From Narcine bancroftii (taxonomy: Eukaryota), in assembly GCF_036971445.1 (NCBI RefSeq), contig NC_091476.1:133548001-133612000 (forward strand): 64,000 nucleotides of DNA, in the 5' to 3' direction. Every line of letters starts with the position of its first letter. Position 1 is the first letter of the stretch. A model generated the notes under the pieces. That model ran no database searches and was not told the origin of the DNA. It was given only the letters and a program-made list of their open reading frames with translations. Of this stretch, positions 62,710 to 64,000 are shown piece after piece. The position numbers and the translations under genes were made by a program.

Positions 62710-63762
62710 TACCTGTATCTAATATTCACTGCCCAGTCATAAAATCTAAAATTAGGTCATACCAATCTCCCATTTTAAGAAATTTTTTTTTGAGGCAGAG
62801 GTGCTTATTTTTCCAAATAAAGGAAGAAATGAGAGAATCTAATGAATCAACAAAGGATTTAGGAACAAAAACGGGTACTGCTTGGAAATTATATAAGAAT
62901 TTAGGAAAACATAATCATTTTGATAATATTAACACATCCAATTAAAGTCCTCAAAAGAGGAGACCATTGAGATAGGGACTTCTTAACATAATTCAGTAGG
63001 GTAAGAAAATTTTCCTTAAACAAATTATTAAACTTTTTATAATAGTAATGTCTAGATAGTTATTGATTTTTAACAATTTTAAAAGTAATAGAAATATTTA
63101 AGGAGCAGGAAGAATTCAAAAGAACATTTGACTCTTCTGCAGGTTTATAGCCTGAGATTTGACCAAATTGATTGAGAAGTAGCAAAATATGTGGATTTGG
63201 ATGGTCAGGATTGGATTTGTATAGCAGAAGATCATCAGAGAGACACCTTATGAGTATATCCATCTCTAGAGACTCCAGAGATCTCTGCTGATTGCCAAAA
63301 AGTGACCGCTAATGGTTCCAAAGCCAAATTAAATAAGAGGAGACTTAAGGGCCAACCCTGTCTGGTTCCACAGTACACTTTAAAGGGTTTTACATTTTAC
63401 TGAACTAGAAAAAAATTGAAGATGTATGGGATAGCTATATCAGTTTTATCCAATTGATAAATTGAGAACCTAAATTAAATTTTCCAGTACACAAAATAAA
63501 TATTCCCATTCCACTCTATCGAATGCATTTTTGGCATCTAAAGAGATAATACATTCAAGAACAAAACTATAGAGTAGTGAAGGATACCTAAGAGATATTG
63601 AATTGTGAGTAATGTCCTTTAATAAATCCTGTTTGATCCTCAGAAATAATAAGAGGTATAACATACTCTAACCTTGAGGCCAGGATCTTTGACAGAATCT
63701 TGGCATCAAAATTTAAAAGGGAAATTGGTCTGTAAGAAGAACAGTCTAAAAGATCCTTATTC
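62710..63762 (-). mobile_element. L1-clade RT fragment
   Basis: Minus: [44 protein letters not shown]. Confidence 0.85.
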
Positions 63763-64000
63763 TTATACTGTGGAGAGCATTCTGACTGGGTGCATCACTG
63801 TCTGGTTTGGAGGAGCCAATGCATAAGATAGGAAAAGGGTTGTAAACTCAGCCAGCACCTTCATGGGCATTAGTCTTCTCTCCATTGAGGACCTCTTTAA
63901 GAGGCAGTATCTCAAGACAGCAGCCTCTATCATCAAGGACCCTCACCACTCGGGCCATTTTTCTCACTTCTACTATCAGGAAAGGGATCCAGAAGCCTGA
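63763..64000 (+). mobile_element. Rex/Babar-like LINE 3' fragment
   Basis: [15 protein letters not shown] and IIKDPHH motifs. Confidence 0.75.

Overview
AT-rich vertebrate genomic DNA; the repeat repertoire (RTE, L1/Tx1, CR1, Rex/Babar, Penelope, tRNA-derived SINEs) suggests a cartilaginous fish, which is an inference. The window lies inside one + strand multi-exon gene: about 27 mostly phase-compatible GT-AG exons encoding a divergent, compact TTC3-like protein (TPR repeats, Cys/His-rich TTC3 domain, coiled coil). Its start and the expected C-terminal RING lie outside the window. The introns are packed with nested transposons. The most unusual object is at 35359-39841 (- strand): a decayed BEL/Pao-type LTR retrotransposon (TG..CA LTRs, PPT, 5-bp TSD, RNase H remnant). 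Its interior carries intron-less pieces of two unrelated host mRNAs, IARS1 and PSAT1, fused in frame, plus a nested Gypsy remnant. Also notable are a young RTE LINE with a twin-priming 5' inversion and 12-bp TSD, a 132-bp in-frame exonic duplication, a minisatellite inside a TA-flanked MITE, and several inverted and tandem duplications. Homology calls come from manual translation and recall of family sequences, not database searches.
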